64,000 nucleotides of DNA from a virus, in IMG/VR virus record IMGVR_UViG_3300009151_000053, positions 1 to 64,000 of that record; one strand, written 5' to 3'. Positions 7,916 through 16,235 of the stretch are shown in pieces. The position numbers and the translations under genes are program-made. Position 1 is the first letter of the stretch; each line of letters opens with the position of its first letter. Below the pieces are notes generated by a model. It worked only from the letters and a program-made list of their open reading frames with translations, was not told the origin of the DNA and did no database searches.

Positions 7916-8779
7916 TTATTTTCCTTTGGTTGCAGTATCGTCCGCAGATGTTTCAATAGTGAGATATGTATATTTGATAGTTGTTGTGAACTTCATCATA
8001 TCTCCATTACCAGAATCTAAGTTAATAGGATTTGTGGATTCTGGGTATGCATCAAACAGTGTGACTTTGGTTTTTCTGTTGTTGTTGTAATCATACACAT
8101 ATATTTGCATTTGCTTACAGATGTAGTCATCTTTATATGTTAGTTCAAATGGCATATTGCCGCCTGCAGGTGCCATGCCTTTTGACACGTCATAGTTTAT
8201 GATGTGATTTGTCCATTTATTAAAATAGTCGATCACTTTGGTTTCTCTATCAACAACGAATGTCAATGCTATACTGTCAAACTTGACACCATATGGGCGT
8301 TGTTCTCTAACACCATATCCATATCTGAAGATATCCATGTTATTAAAAGACATTCCAGGCAAAACAACATTTTCACATCTCAATGTCAAAAACTCGTTTC
8401 TTAAATCAAAATACTGATTTGTCATAGGATCATTGGCAAAAATAAGTGGTCGAGGCATTACTACCAAAAATCTATTTGTTGGTAGAATGCCGTTCTCGTT
8501 TATTTCTGTTCTGAAGTTTTGTATATCAAAAGAAGTTTTTTGTGCAATATTAGGATTTGGAACAGATTTTAAATTCTGTATTTCTTGTTGTGTTGATATT
8601 GCTTTTTTGTTAATCGGATCATACGGCTTACCCGTTTGAGGATTAAGTCTTTGAGAATCGCTCATGTTATACTTAGAAGCGTCTTCTATTGATCGAGTTG
8701 CGAAATCTTTAGAAGCAGCAAGACGCGCTCTGTCCGCCGACAGTTCTTCATCTGATGAAATCAATCCAAATAATGCCAT
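7916..8779 (-). CDS. Tail-tube-fold protein (gp54/gp19-like tube initiator)
   Basis: NRFLV, LRCENVVLPG, YKDDY and LFDAYP motifs; position between gp2 and gp26. Confidence 0.7.
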   Translation of the reverse strand: MALFGLISSDEELSADRARLAASKDFATRSIEDASKYNMSDSQRLNPQTGKPYDPINKKAISTQQEIQNLKSVPNPNIAQKTSFDIQNFRTEINENGILPTNRFLVVMPRPLIFANDPMTNQYFDLRNEFLTLRCENVVLPGMSFNNMDIFRYGYGVREQRPYGVKFDSIALTFVVDRETKVIDYFNKWTNHIINYDVSKGMAPAGGNMPFELTYKDDYICKQMQIYVYDYNNNRKTKVTLFDAYPESTNPINLDSGNGDMMKFTTTIKYTYLTIETSADDTATKGK

Positions 8780-8842
8780 TACCCTCTAACCTTCTTCTTG
8801 TCTCTTAGTTGTTCTATTTTTGCTTCTAGAAAGTAGATTTAT

Positions 8843-8869
8843 TATAAATATCATCATACTCTATTTATA
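8843..8869. promoter_or_regulatory. Face-to-face pair of late promoters
   Basis: TATAAATA on + at 8843-8850 (towards the HNH gene) and on - at 8869-8862 (towards the tail-tube-like gene). Confidence 0.65.
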
Positions 8870-8881
8870 AAGGTTACTCCA

Positions 8882-9442
8882 ATGATTCATAAACATCATA
8901 TTATTCCCAAGCATATGGGCGGCACAGACGACACAGATAATCTTATTGAATTGAGTGTTGAAGAACATGCAGAAGCGCATAGAATGCTTTATGAACAACA
9001 TGAAAGAAAAGAAGATTATCTCGCTTGGAAAGGATTATCTGGACAAATTGATAAAGAAGAAATATTAAAAGAAATATATGTAAAAAATGGAAAAAAATTA
9101 GGTAAAAAAAATATAGGAAGAATTCCTTGGAATAAAGGATTAACAAAATCAGATCCAAGAATTAAAGCGAGTGCTGATAAAATGTGTAAACCAAAAACAG
9201 AAAAACATAAACAAGCACTGCGTAAACCAAAATCAGATAAAGGTAATATAGGAAAATACGAAAGAACGGATGAAACAAAACAAAAACTGAGAGAAGCGAA
9301 TGTTTTACGGTTTAATGAAGAAGGTCGCAAAAAACACTCGGAAATAATAAAAAACAATAGAAGAAAATGCAGTTATTGTGATATGGTATCAAATGTATCA
9401 AACATAACCAGACACGAAAAGAAATGTCCTAAATCTGTCTGA
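8882..9442 (+). mobile_element. Free-standing HNH homing endonuclease (Mob-like)
   Basis: HKHHIIPKHMGGTDD..NLIELSVEEHAEAH, PWNKG, NUMOD3-like repeats and a C-terminal Zn knuckle; very A-rich; antisense to the operon. Confidence 0.85.
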
Positions 9443-10025
9443 TTTTTTTCTTGCTATCAGCCCAAACCTGTGATGTGGTTGCTTTTTCAAACCTGGCTGT
9501 AGGAAGCATCAGGGCAATATCCCATTCAGATGGATACACATACATCATCTTTGATCTAACATGGCTTGTCAGGTAGTGCTTGATGCATGGAGAGAAATAT
9601 TTCAGAGTTGACACTTTAGATAGCAGTTCATAGTTCAGTTTCAGTTTGGTTGATTCATCATATCTGCTATTGTTTGCATATTCATACAGCCCATCCATCA
9701 ACTTCGCTCTGAGTTGTGGTGGCAGATAGTGCAGATTCAATCCTAGAAAGCCGCCTGGAATCTTCTTGAATGGAAAGATCAGTGGAAATCTGTCATAGAA
9801 TGGCAGTGTGTCTTTGTGCTTTGGATCGTAATAGAACATGTACATCTGTCCAGGCAACGGCTCTTTCTGGAGCCTGTCTTTATCAGAGTTCAACAATGAT
9901 CGTTCGTTGATGCTACTGATCTTGCCAGCAGTTGTACGAAACCAATCACGCGCCTCTTTAGTCCGCGCTGGAATCTGTCCAGAACGAACGCCTTTAGTGA
10001 TGATTGTATCAAATACATTTGCCAT
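9429..10025 (-). CDS. 2: DNA end protector protein, T4 gp2-like
   Basis: GQMYMFYYDPKHKDTLPFYDRFPL, GLNLHYLP, CIKHYL and VWADS. Confidence 0.92.
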   Translation of the reverse strand: MANVFDTIITKGVRSGQIPARTKEARDWFRTTAGKISSINERSLLNSDKDRLQKEPLPGQMYMFYYDPKHKDTLPFYDRFPLIFPFKKIPGGFLGLNLHYLPPQLRAKLMDGLYEYANNSRYDESTKLKLNYELLSKVSTLKYFSPCIKHYLTSHVRSKMMYVYPSEWDIALMLPTARFEKATTSQVWADSKKKIRQI

Positions 10026-10474
10026 TAACGAGCGATTCCTAGTTCTACTTCAGTTATAATCTCAAACTTCCATTTGCGTTCTTTGCAGTAGTTACTACAT
10101 GCAGCCCACTTAGCACTATTTATACCCCATGTTTGGACTTCTGTAATATATTTGCGAGTTGCTTTGGTCTGAACTTTAGGCGGTGCACACTGGACTTTAG
10201 GCTTAATCTCGACTACAGTAGTCTCAATCAATCCTTCAGGCGTTCTCTTCTTGATCACGAAATCTGGAAAGTATCTGTGAATCTTATTGTCTATTGGAGA
10301 CTTGTAAGGGATAGCCAACTCTTCACTTGACCACTTGATAACATTTGGATGACCGTCTAGATAACTCATGAACTTGAGTTCCCATCTTGATCTGTAGACA
10401 ATATTACTCGGATCGCCGAGATACTTCTCAGGATGAAATGGTTTAAACTTTCCTTTGTGTGTTTTGTAAGCCAT
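10025..10474 (-). CDS. 4: Head completion nuclease, T4 gp4-like (TnsA-like fold)
   Basis: KYLGDPSNIVYRSRWE, WSSEE..IPY.SP.D...HRYFPDF, EIKP and N.AKW.A. Confidence 0.92.
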   Translation of the reverse strand: MAYKTHKGKFKPFHPEKYLGDPSNIVYRSRWELKFMSYLDGHPNVIKWSSEELAIPYKSPIDNKIHRYFPDFVIKKRTPEGLIETTVVEIKPKVQCAPPKVQTKATRKYITEVQTWGINSAKWAACSNYCKERKWKFEIITEVELGIAR

Positions 10475-10478
10475 GGAT

Positions 10479-10492
10479 TATTTATATAAATA
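10479..10492. promoter_or_regulatory. Overlapping divergent late promoters
   Basis: TATTTATATAAATA gives TATAAATA on - (10486-10479) and on + (10485-10492), at the strand switch between gene 4 and gene 48. Confidence 0.8.
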
Positions 10493-10517
10493 AAAGAAAC
10501 TCTTGTTAAGGCATCAG

Positions 10518-11696
10518 ATGACCGATTTCTTCAAAAAAATTGTAATCAATCCATTAGAAAAAATGGTAAAAAACAATATCAGCGGATACATCAACAAAGC
10601 AGAGAATGCTTTGATCGATGCTGTTGGTGATAGTTTGGGCAGACTTGGATTAAGTTCAAATAGCAGAAACAAATATTTAGCGGCTCTTGGCGATTCTATT
10701 CTATCTGGTATTGCTAGTGAGTTCTTCGGCGCTTTTAATGGAGAACTCGACAGAATAACAAAAAAAGATATCATTAAAAATACAGGCTTTGCTGCCACTG
10801 ATTCTATTGGTGATACGCTTTCGCAGCCATCCACAATCAACAATCTTCATTATCCAGCAGACTTGAACAAGTATTACGTATCATTCGCATTCAAAGCATA
10901 TGAAAGACCAACACCATTTTACCCCGTACAAAAAATAGAAAAAGATTCTATCTCTCTGCCATTGCCAAGAGATTTGATTGAGAGTCATGAAGTTGATTAT
11001 AACAGTGGCACTACTGGAATGGCGGGGTCTGTTTTCAATGGTGTTCCTTCTGCTGCTGAAGGCTTGAGTGGAAACACAGTTGGCCAAGCAGGCATCGCCG
11101 CTGCTGCATATGGTGTAGAGACTGCTGCATCATTACTTGGTAACGATTTCTTAATGTCTCTTCAACAAGCGGCAGGCGCGGTTGCAAACCCAAATATCGC
11201 AACTGTGTTCAAGTCTCCTAAAATGCGGTCACATAAGTTCTCATGGACCTTTGCTCCTAATAACGAAAGTGAAAGCAGAACCATTCGAGATATTATCAAA
11301 AGATTTAAGCAGAGTGCATTACCAAAAGTATTCTCGGATACAACTGCTGCATTAGCATTTCCTGATATGTGCCAGGTAACATTGCACCCATGGGGAAATG
11401 GAAACTGGAATCCAAATACAGGATATGATGATTCTTACATGTATGTCTTTAAGACTTGCGTGATCGAATCTGTGAGTGTCAACTATGCGCCAGAACTGCC
11501 AGCATTCTTTGCATCTAAAGGTGCGGGACCGGCACCAGGGTTTATCACATTGTCAATCGCTTTATTAGAGGTCGAATACTTCACTGCAAACGATTATGGT
11601 GTGGCTAAACAAGGTGCGGGAGAAGTGGTATTAGGAAATCTGAAGACCACATTGAATACATTAACAGGTTCAACCACAACAGGAACTGGAGCATAA
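10518..11696 (+). CDS. 48: Baseplate tail tube cap, T4 gp48-like
   Basis: ISLPLP, NPN...FKSP..RSHKFSWTFAPNNESES..I..IIK.FK and CVIESVSVNYAP; ATG at 10518 chosen as start. Confidence 0.8.
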   Translation: MTDFFKKIVINPLEKMVKNNISGYINKAENALIDAVGDSLGRLGLSSNSRNKYLAALGDSILSGIASEFFGAFNGELDRITKKDIIKNTGFAATDSIGDTLSQPSTINNLHYPADLNKYYVSFAFKAYERPTPFYPVQKIEKDSISLPLPRDLIESHEVDYNSGTTGMAGSVFNGVPSAAEGLSGNTVGQAGIAAAAYGVETAASLLGNDFLMSLQQAAGAVANPNIATVFKSPKMRSHKFSWTFAPNNESESRTIRDIIKRFKQSALPKVFSDTTAALAFPDMCQVTLHPWGNGNWNPNTGYDDSYMYVFKTCVIESVSVNYAPELPAFFASKGAGPAPGFITLSIALLEVEYFTANDYGVAKQGAGEVVLGNLKTTLNTLTGSTTTGTGA

Positions 11697-12572
11697 ATGT
11701 CTAAGTATTTCGATAGATTTCCTGTTGTGATGTATAACGGCAGCCCTGTAAAGAATATCATGGCTCGAATAAAGTTCTCTGAAAATACCATGAATGATGC
11801 AACAAGTTTTGTTCCTCATAGAATAGAAGATTCGGTTCATAGAGCAGATCACATTGCAGATGCATATTACGGCGATTCTTATTATGACTGGATTTATCAC
11901 TTCAGTAATAGAACTGTTGATCCATATCATGATGTGTTCAAAAATTCTATCGCACTGAATGAATACATCAAGGGCAAGTATGGTACATTAGAAAAAGCCA
12001 GAGACACTGTTCTTTATTACAGAAACAATTGGGTCGATGAAGAAACTATTACTGTCTATGCATATGAAATGTTATCAGGTCCTTTGAAGAAATATTATAC
12101 GCCTATTATAGATTATGCAAATCAGATCATAGGGCATTCCAGAAAACAAATCGATTGGATTGCATCTACAAACTATATAAAGCAGTTGACTATTGGCGCT
12201 TTTGCATCTAATGCATTTGTTTCAGGCGATAAGATATATCAAGTCTATAATGGAAGCATTGTTGCCAAGGCTGAATTGATTTCATCTGATGTTGACACTG
12301 CCACTATCACTGTAAAGCATATTGAAGGCGCATTTATAACTACTGCTACTAATACTCTATACGGTAAATATGGGAGCGTAGGCACATATTCAGTCAATAC
12401 AGTCACTGATCTTGTTACTTGTATTCCAGCAAATGAGATGAAGTATTGGGCACCTGTAAACGTATATGACTTTGAAATAGAACATAACGAAGATAAAAGA
12501 AATATCTTTTTGTTAAGAAACAGCATTAAAGATGGCGTTGACAGACAACTTACACAACTATTGAGATCATAA
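11697..12572 (+). CDS. 53: Baseplate wedge subunit, T4 gp53-like
   Basis: MSKYF..FP, RADHIADAYYGDSYYDW, YIKGKYG and YDFE.E.NE.KR.I. Confidence 0.85.
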   Translation: MSKYFDRFPVVMYNGSPVKNIMARIKFSENTMNDATSFVPHRIEDSVHRADHIADAYYGDSYYDWIYHFSNRTVDPYHDVFKNSIALNEYIKGKYGTLEKARDTVLYYRNNWVDEETITVYAYEMLSGPLKKYYTPIIDYANQIIGHSRKQIDWIASTNYIKQLTIGAFASNAFVSGDKIYQVYNGSIVAKAELISSDVDTATITVKHIEGAFITTATNTLYGKYGSVGTYSVNTVTDLVTCIPANEMKYWAPVNVYDFEIEHNEDKRNIFLLRNSIKDGVDRQLTQLLRS

Positions 12573-13828
12573 TGACAACAAATTTAAATCCAGGCGAAGT
12601 AAATATTAAACGATTTGAGTTGATTCACACCAGTGGTAACAGAATCAATCTTATTCCATATGTAAAGCAAATCGATATTTTCGAAAGTATTATGTCACCT
12701 GCAATTTTTGGGACTATGCTCATGGTAGATACCATTGGGTTCAGTGACAATCTATTGCTTGGGTACAGTGATGTAGAAATTGATTTTCTTTCATATACTG
12801 GTAAAGGTGACTCGACTCCATCATCATTCAAGTTAAAGATATTATCTATTGCGAATGGCAAGTCAAACGAAGTGGATAAGTTTAAAACTTATACTGTGTC
12901 TCTAGCCAGTAAAGAATATATCAAATCTTCAAGTATGAACGTGACACAAAACTTTGTTGATATGTCACATGAACAAATGGTTGCCAACTTGTTTGCACGT
13001 TTAAAGAGCGACAAGAAGATTACTATTGAAGGAACAAAGAATGTTGACTTTGTGCCTATTTCCAAGTTGAACATATTTAAAGCGATTGATAAGGTAAGAA
13101 GAAGATCGGTATCAAAAAAAGGCAAGGCATCTCCATATTGTTTTTATGAAAATAGGCTTGGATACAACTTTCTGACTGTTGAGCAGATCATTGCTGAAGG
13201 AAAGAAACATCCATCAGTTGTTTCTGGTGATAGAAACTTTTTCTCTAATAGCGCGAATAAAAGAAACTTCTCTGATTCAGATTGGAGACAAGTTCTTGCT
13301 GTTGAACACGTCAAGATGGAAAATCTAATGGACACCGTTGGACGTGGTGGTTTAACTAACTCTACATGGTCATTCAATATCAACACAGGGCAATATGAAG
13401 AAGTCAAGTTTGATGCTCTTAAGGGTAGTGAGACCAGCACTTTGAATTCTGAGGCAACACACATCCAAAAAGTTATGGCAGACGATTTAGCAAACGATAA
13501 AGATTCTGCATCTGTCAATATGCTGGTGCCAGTTTCAAATGATAGTGATTATGATCGTATTACCAAGAACAGTTATCTAAGAGATTATGTGATGAAAATG
13601 TTAAGCAACATGATAAATATCCATATTCATGGTGATTCTGTTTTGGTTGCTGGGTCTGTAATAAATGTTGAATTTCCAAAAGTCGATGGCTTGACGAAGG
13701 CGAGCAAGAACCGACTTCTTTCGGGAAGTTATGTCATCACAAAACTCAGACACATTATCCATCCTTCAGGAAAACCAAAGTACTCACAATCTTGTGAAAT
13801 CGTAAGAACTGGATTTTTGGAAAGTTAA
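12572..13828 (+). CDS. Baseplate hub protein (gp27-like)
   Basis: IDIFESI, FYEN..GYNF, GDS.L.AG..I and SGSYVITKLRH; lies between gp53 and gp5. Confidence 0.65.
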   Translation: MTTNLNPGEVNIKRFELIHTSGNRINLIPYVKQIDIFESIMSPAIFGTMLMVDTIGFSDNLLLGYSDVEIDFLSYTGKGDSTPSSFKLKILSIANGKSNEVDKFKTYTVSLASKEYIKSSSMNVTQNFVDMSHEQMVANLFARLKSDKKITIEGTKNVDFVPISKLNIFKAIDKVRRRSVSKKGKASPYCFYENRLGYNFLTVEQIIAEGKKHPSVVSGDRNFFSNSANKRNFSDSDWRQVLAVEHVKMENLMDTVGRGGLTNSTWSFNINTGQYEEVKFDALKGSETSTLNSEATHIQKVMADDLANDKDSASVNMLVPVSNDSDYDRITKNSYLRDYVMKMLSNMINIHIHGDSVLVAGSVINVEFPKVDGLTKASKNRLLSGSYVITKLRHIIHPSGKPKYSQSCEIVRTGFLES

Positions 13829-13830
13829 TC

Positions 13831-14556
13831 ATGACAACACAAAATATGGGCGAAGAAGGATTCACTTGGTTTGTTGGTATCGTGGAAGATATCGTAGATC
13901 CACTAAAAAATGGAAGAGTTCGCGTTAGAATCTTAAACGAGCATTTCAATAAAATTGAGACTGCTGATCTTCCGTGGGCAATCGTGATGATGCCTATCAC
14001 ATCAGCGGCGTTTGATGGTGTTGGAATTTCACCCACTGGCGTTTTCAAAGGATCATACGTTGTTGGGTTTTATCTCGATGGTAAAGAGAAAGCCAAACCA
14101 TTAATCATGGGAACGTTCAATCTTTCTGCAAGAGGTGGCAACGAAAAGAATAATGACGTGTCCAAGATTGCTAGAGGGCTAGCGCCAGTCCAAAAAGATT
14201 ACTTAGACTATGAGCCGCAAACAAACTATAAAGCAGTCTACCCCTTCAACAAGACAATGACAACTGTTGCTGGGCATGTAATCGAAGTTGATGATACACC
14301 TAAGTCTGAAAGAATTCATGTATATCATACAAGCGGAAGTTACATCGAAATCAATCCAGATGGTACGGTTGTAGCAAAGGCTGTTAAAGACAATATTGAT
14401 ATTACAATCGGAGACAAGAACATTATTGTGGAATCTGGTGATATGTCTATTGTTGCGATAAATGGAAAGATTACTATACAAGCCAAAGGTGATGTTGAAA
14501 TTAGTTCTGGTGGAACTCTCAGTATTCTTGCACCATTGGTAAATATCAATGGTTAA
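13831..14556 (+). CDS. 5: Baseplate central spike, gp5-like (OB fold plus beta-helix, no lysozyme domain)
   Basis: WFVGIVED..DP...GRVRVR, LPWA, VVGFYLDG, YPFN and GHVIEVDDTP..ERIH.YH.SG. Confidence 0.9.
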   Translation: MTTQNMGEEGFTWFVGIVEDIVDPLKNGRVRVRILNEHFNKIETADLPWAIVMMPITSAAFDGVGISPTGVFKGSYVVGFYLDGKEKAKPLIMGTFNLSARGGNEKNNDVSKIARGLAPVQKDYLDYEPQTNYKAVYPFNKTMTTVAGHVIEVDDTPKSERIHVYHTSGSYIEINPDGTVVAKAVKDNIDITIGDKNIIVESGDMSIVAINGKITIQAKGDVEISSGGTLSILAPLVNING

Positions 14557-15790
14557 AAGAATCAAGTTATACGTCCCAAAGCCACTAGAGTTAGAATGTA
14601 CTCCAGATGGAAACATCGACTATAAGAGTTTGCATGATTATTTTCGTGTATTGGGAACTATTCCTGGACAGTTGAAAGCACAACTAAAAGCCCTAGCATA
14701 TGAAATGATTGATGAGGCAGTCGCTGATCTTTACAAACTAATCCAAGACATTGAAGACTTGATTAATGAAATCACTGGCTGGCTTCTGACTGATGTGTTC
14801 CAACGTATCAAGAACTTCGAACACGAGATGGAATACAAGATCCGCGAGTTCATGAAAGAGATTGATATTTACTTTCAAAAGAAGATTATTGAAGTCATCA
14901 CAAAACTGTTCAAGCAAGTTGTTGACATTATCAACTTTCCTATTCCATTTCTACCGCCTATTCGTATCTTTGACTTCTTTACAAAGGAGGGTAAGGTAAA
15001 GATCAAGGCTATGATCGCTGAGAATATCCACGACATTGTAGAAGCATTGAACAAGATTGATAAACGAATAGCACTGTTCTTTACAGGCAAGTTGACATTG
15101 AACATACCAGAATATTCTGCTGAAGAGATTTGGCAAAAACTTATTGCATACATTCAGAAGATCATTAATGACTGGTTGGCTGAAGTGATCGAGTTCATTC
15201 GTAATCTTCCTATTATCAAACAGATTCTTGGTGTGCTGAAGTTTCTTCAAGACCCTACCAAGGCTATTCAAGAGGCTATGGACAAAATATGGGATGATGT
15301 GCTACAGGCTATAGCAGATGCCAAGAAAGCCGCTATGGAAGCCATAGATGAACTGATCGATTCGATTCTAAACTTCCCTGTACCGATCTTCGGAACGCTC
15401 GGAGAAATGCTTGGTATTGATATCAAGGCTGAGGCTCGCAAGTTCAAGGTTCATATGAAAGAACTGTTACTTGCTCGTATCCATGATCTGTGGAATCAGT
15501 TGATGGAACGTATTCGCAAGTTCTTTGCTTATGGATGGTTAGAAGAACTTTACAATCTGTTAATGAAACTGGTGCAAAAGATTCTAGACAAGTTCCCAAT
15601 ACTTAAAGACATTATCGCTGCATTGAAGTTGATCATTGACATTCTTACAGGTAATGTAAAGGTCTGCGAGGTCATAAAGATAATATTACCCGTGATCTTT
15701 GATCTGTTTGGTTTGGTATATAAACTTATTCCTAGTGATGTGTTTGAAGTTATCTATACAGATTATGGCTATGAGCCAGCAACTAAATAA
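14549..15790 (+). CDS. Hypothetical all-alpha amphipathic protein
   Basis: 413 aa ORF translationally coupled to gp5; rich in I/L/K/E/D; no recognised motif. Confidence 0.6.
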   Translation: MVKRIKLYVPKPLELECTPDGNIDYKSLHDYFRVLGTIPGQLKAQLKALAYEMIDEAVADLYKLIQDIEDLINEITGWLLTDVFQRIKNFEHEMEYKIREFMKEIDIYFQKKIIEVITKLFKQVVDIINFPIPFLPPIRIFDFFTKEGKVKIKAMIAENIHDIVEALNKIDKRIALFFTGKLTLNIPEYSAEEIWQKLIAYIQKIINDWLAEVIEFIRNLPIIKQILGVLKFLQDPTKAIQEAMDKIWDDVLQAIADAKKAAMEAIDELIDSILNFPVPIFGTLGEMLGIDIKAEARKFKVHMKELLLARIHDLWNQLMERIRKFFAYGWLEELYNLLMKLVQKILDKFPILKDIIAALKLIIDILTGNVKVCEVIKIILPVIFDLFGLVYKLIPSDVFEVIYTDYGYEPATK

Positions 15791-15809
15791 CAGTTAAAAG
15801 AGAGAATAG

Positions 15810-16235
15810 ATGGCTATCGAAAGAGTAGATAAAAATACATCTGCAAATCGTCCAAAAGAAATCTACAGCGATTTCTTGACGAACTTTAATGCACACCCAA
15901 ATACTGGTGCGTTGCTTAAGCGTTCGGATGAAGATTCTGTTAAACGTGCCATGAGAAATCTATTGCTCACTGATATTGGTGAAAGAATGTTTCAGCCAAA
16001 TCTCGGTTCAAATGTTAATAAATATTTGTTTGAAGATGCAACAGAAGTTACCAAGAATAATCTTCAAGAGTCTATCACAAACACTCTTAAGAACTATGAG
16101 CCTCGTGCGAACATTCTTGATGTGGTTGTCAGACTAAGCGATGATCAATATTCCTATATGGTTGATATCTATTTTACTATCATAAATAATCCAACAGTAG
16201 TTGTCTTCAACGTCCAATTAGATAGAGTACGATAA
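15810..16235 (+). CDS. 25: Baseplate wedge subunit, T4 gp25-like
   Basis: YSDF, SVKRAMRNLLLT..GER.FQP.LGS and NYEPR; ACTAAATA at 15782-15789 upstream. Confidence 0.92.
   Translation: MAIERVDKNTSANRPKEIYSDFLTNFNAHPNTGALLKRSDEDSVKRAMRNLLLTDIGERMFQPNLGSNVNKYLFEDATEVTKNNLQESITNTLKNYEPRANILDVVVRLSDDQYSYMVDIYFTIINNPTVVVFNVQLDRVR

Noticed and set aside
10025-10474. TnsA-like nuclease motif suggesting a Tn7-like transposon
   Set aside because: Sequence and position next to gene 2 identify it as the T4 gp4 head completion protein; there are no tnsB/tnsC genes or transposon ends.
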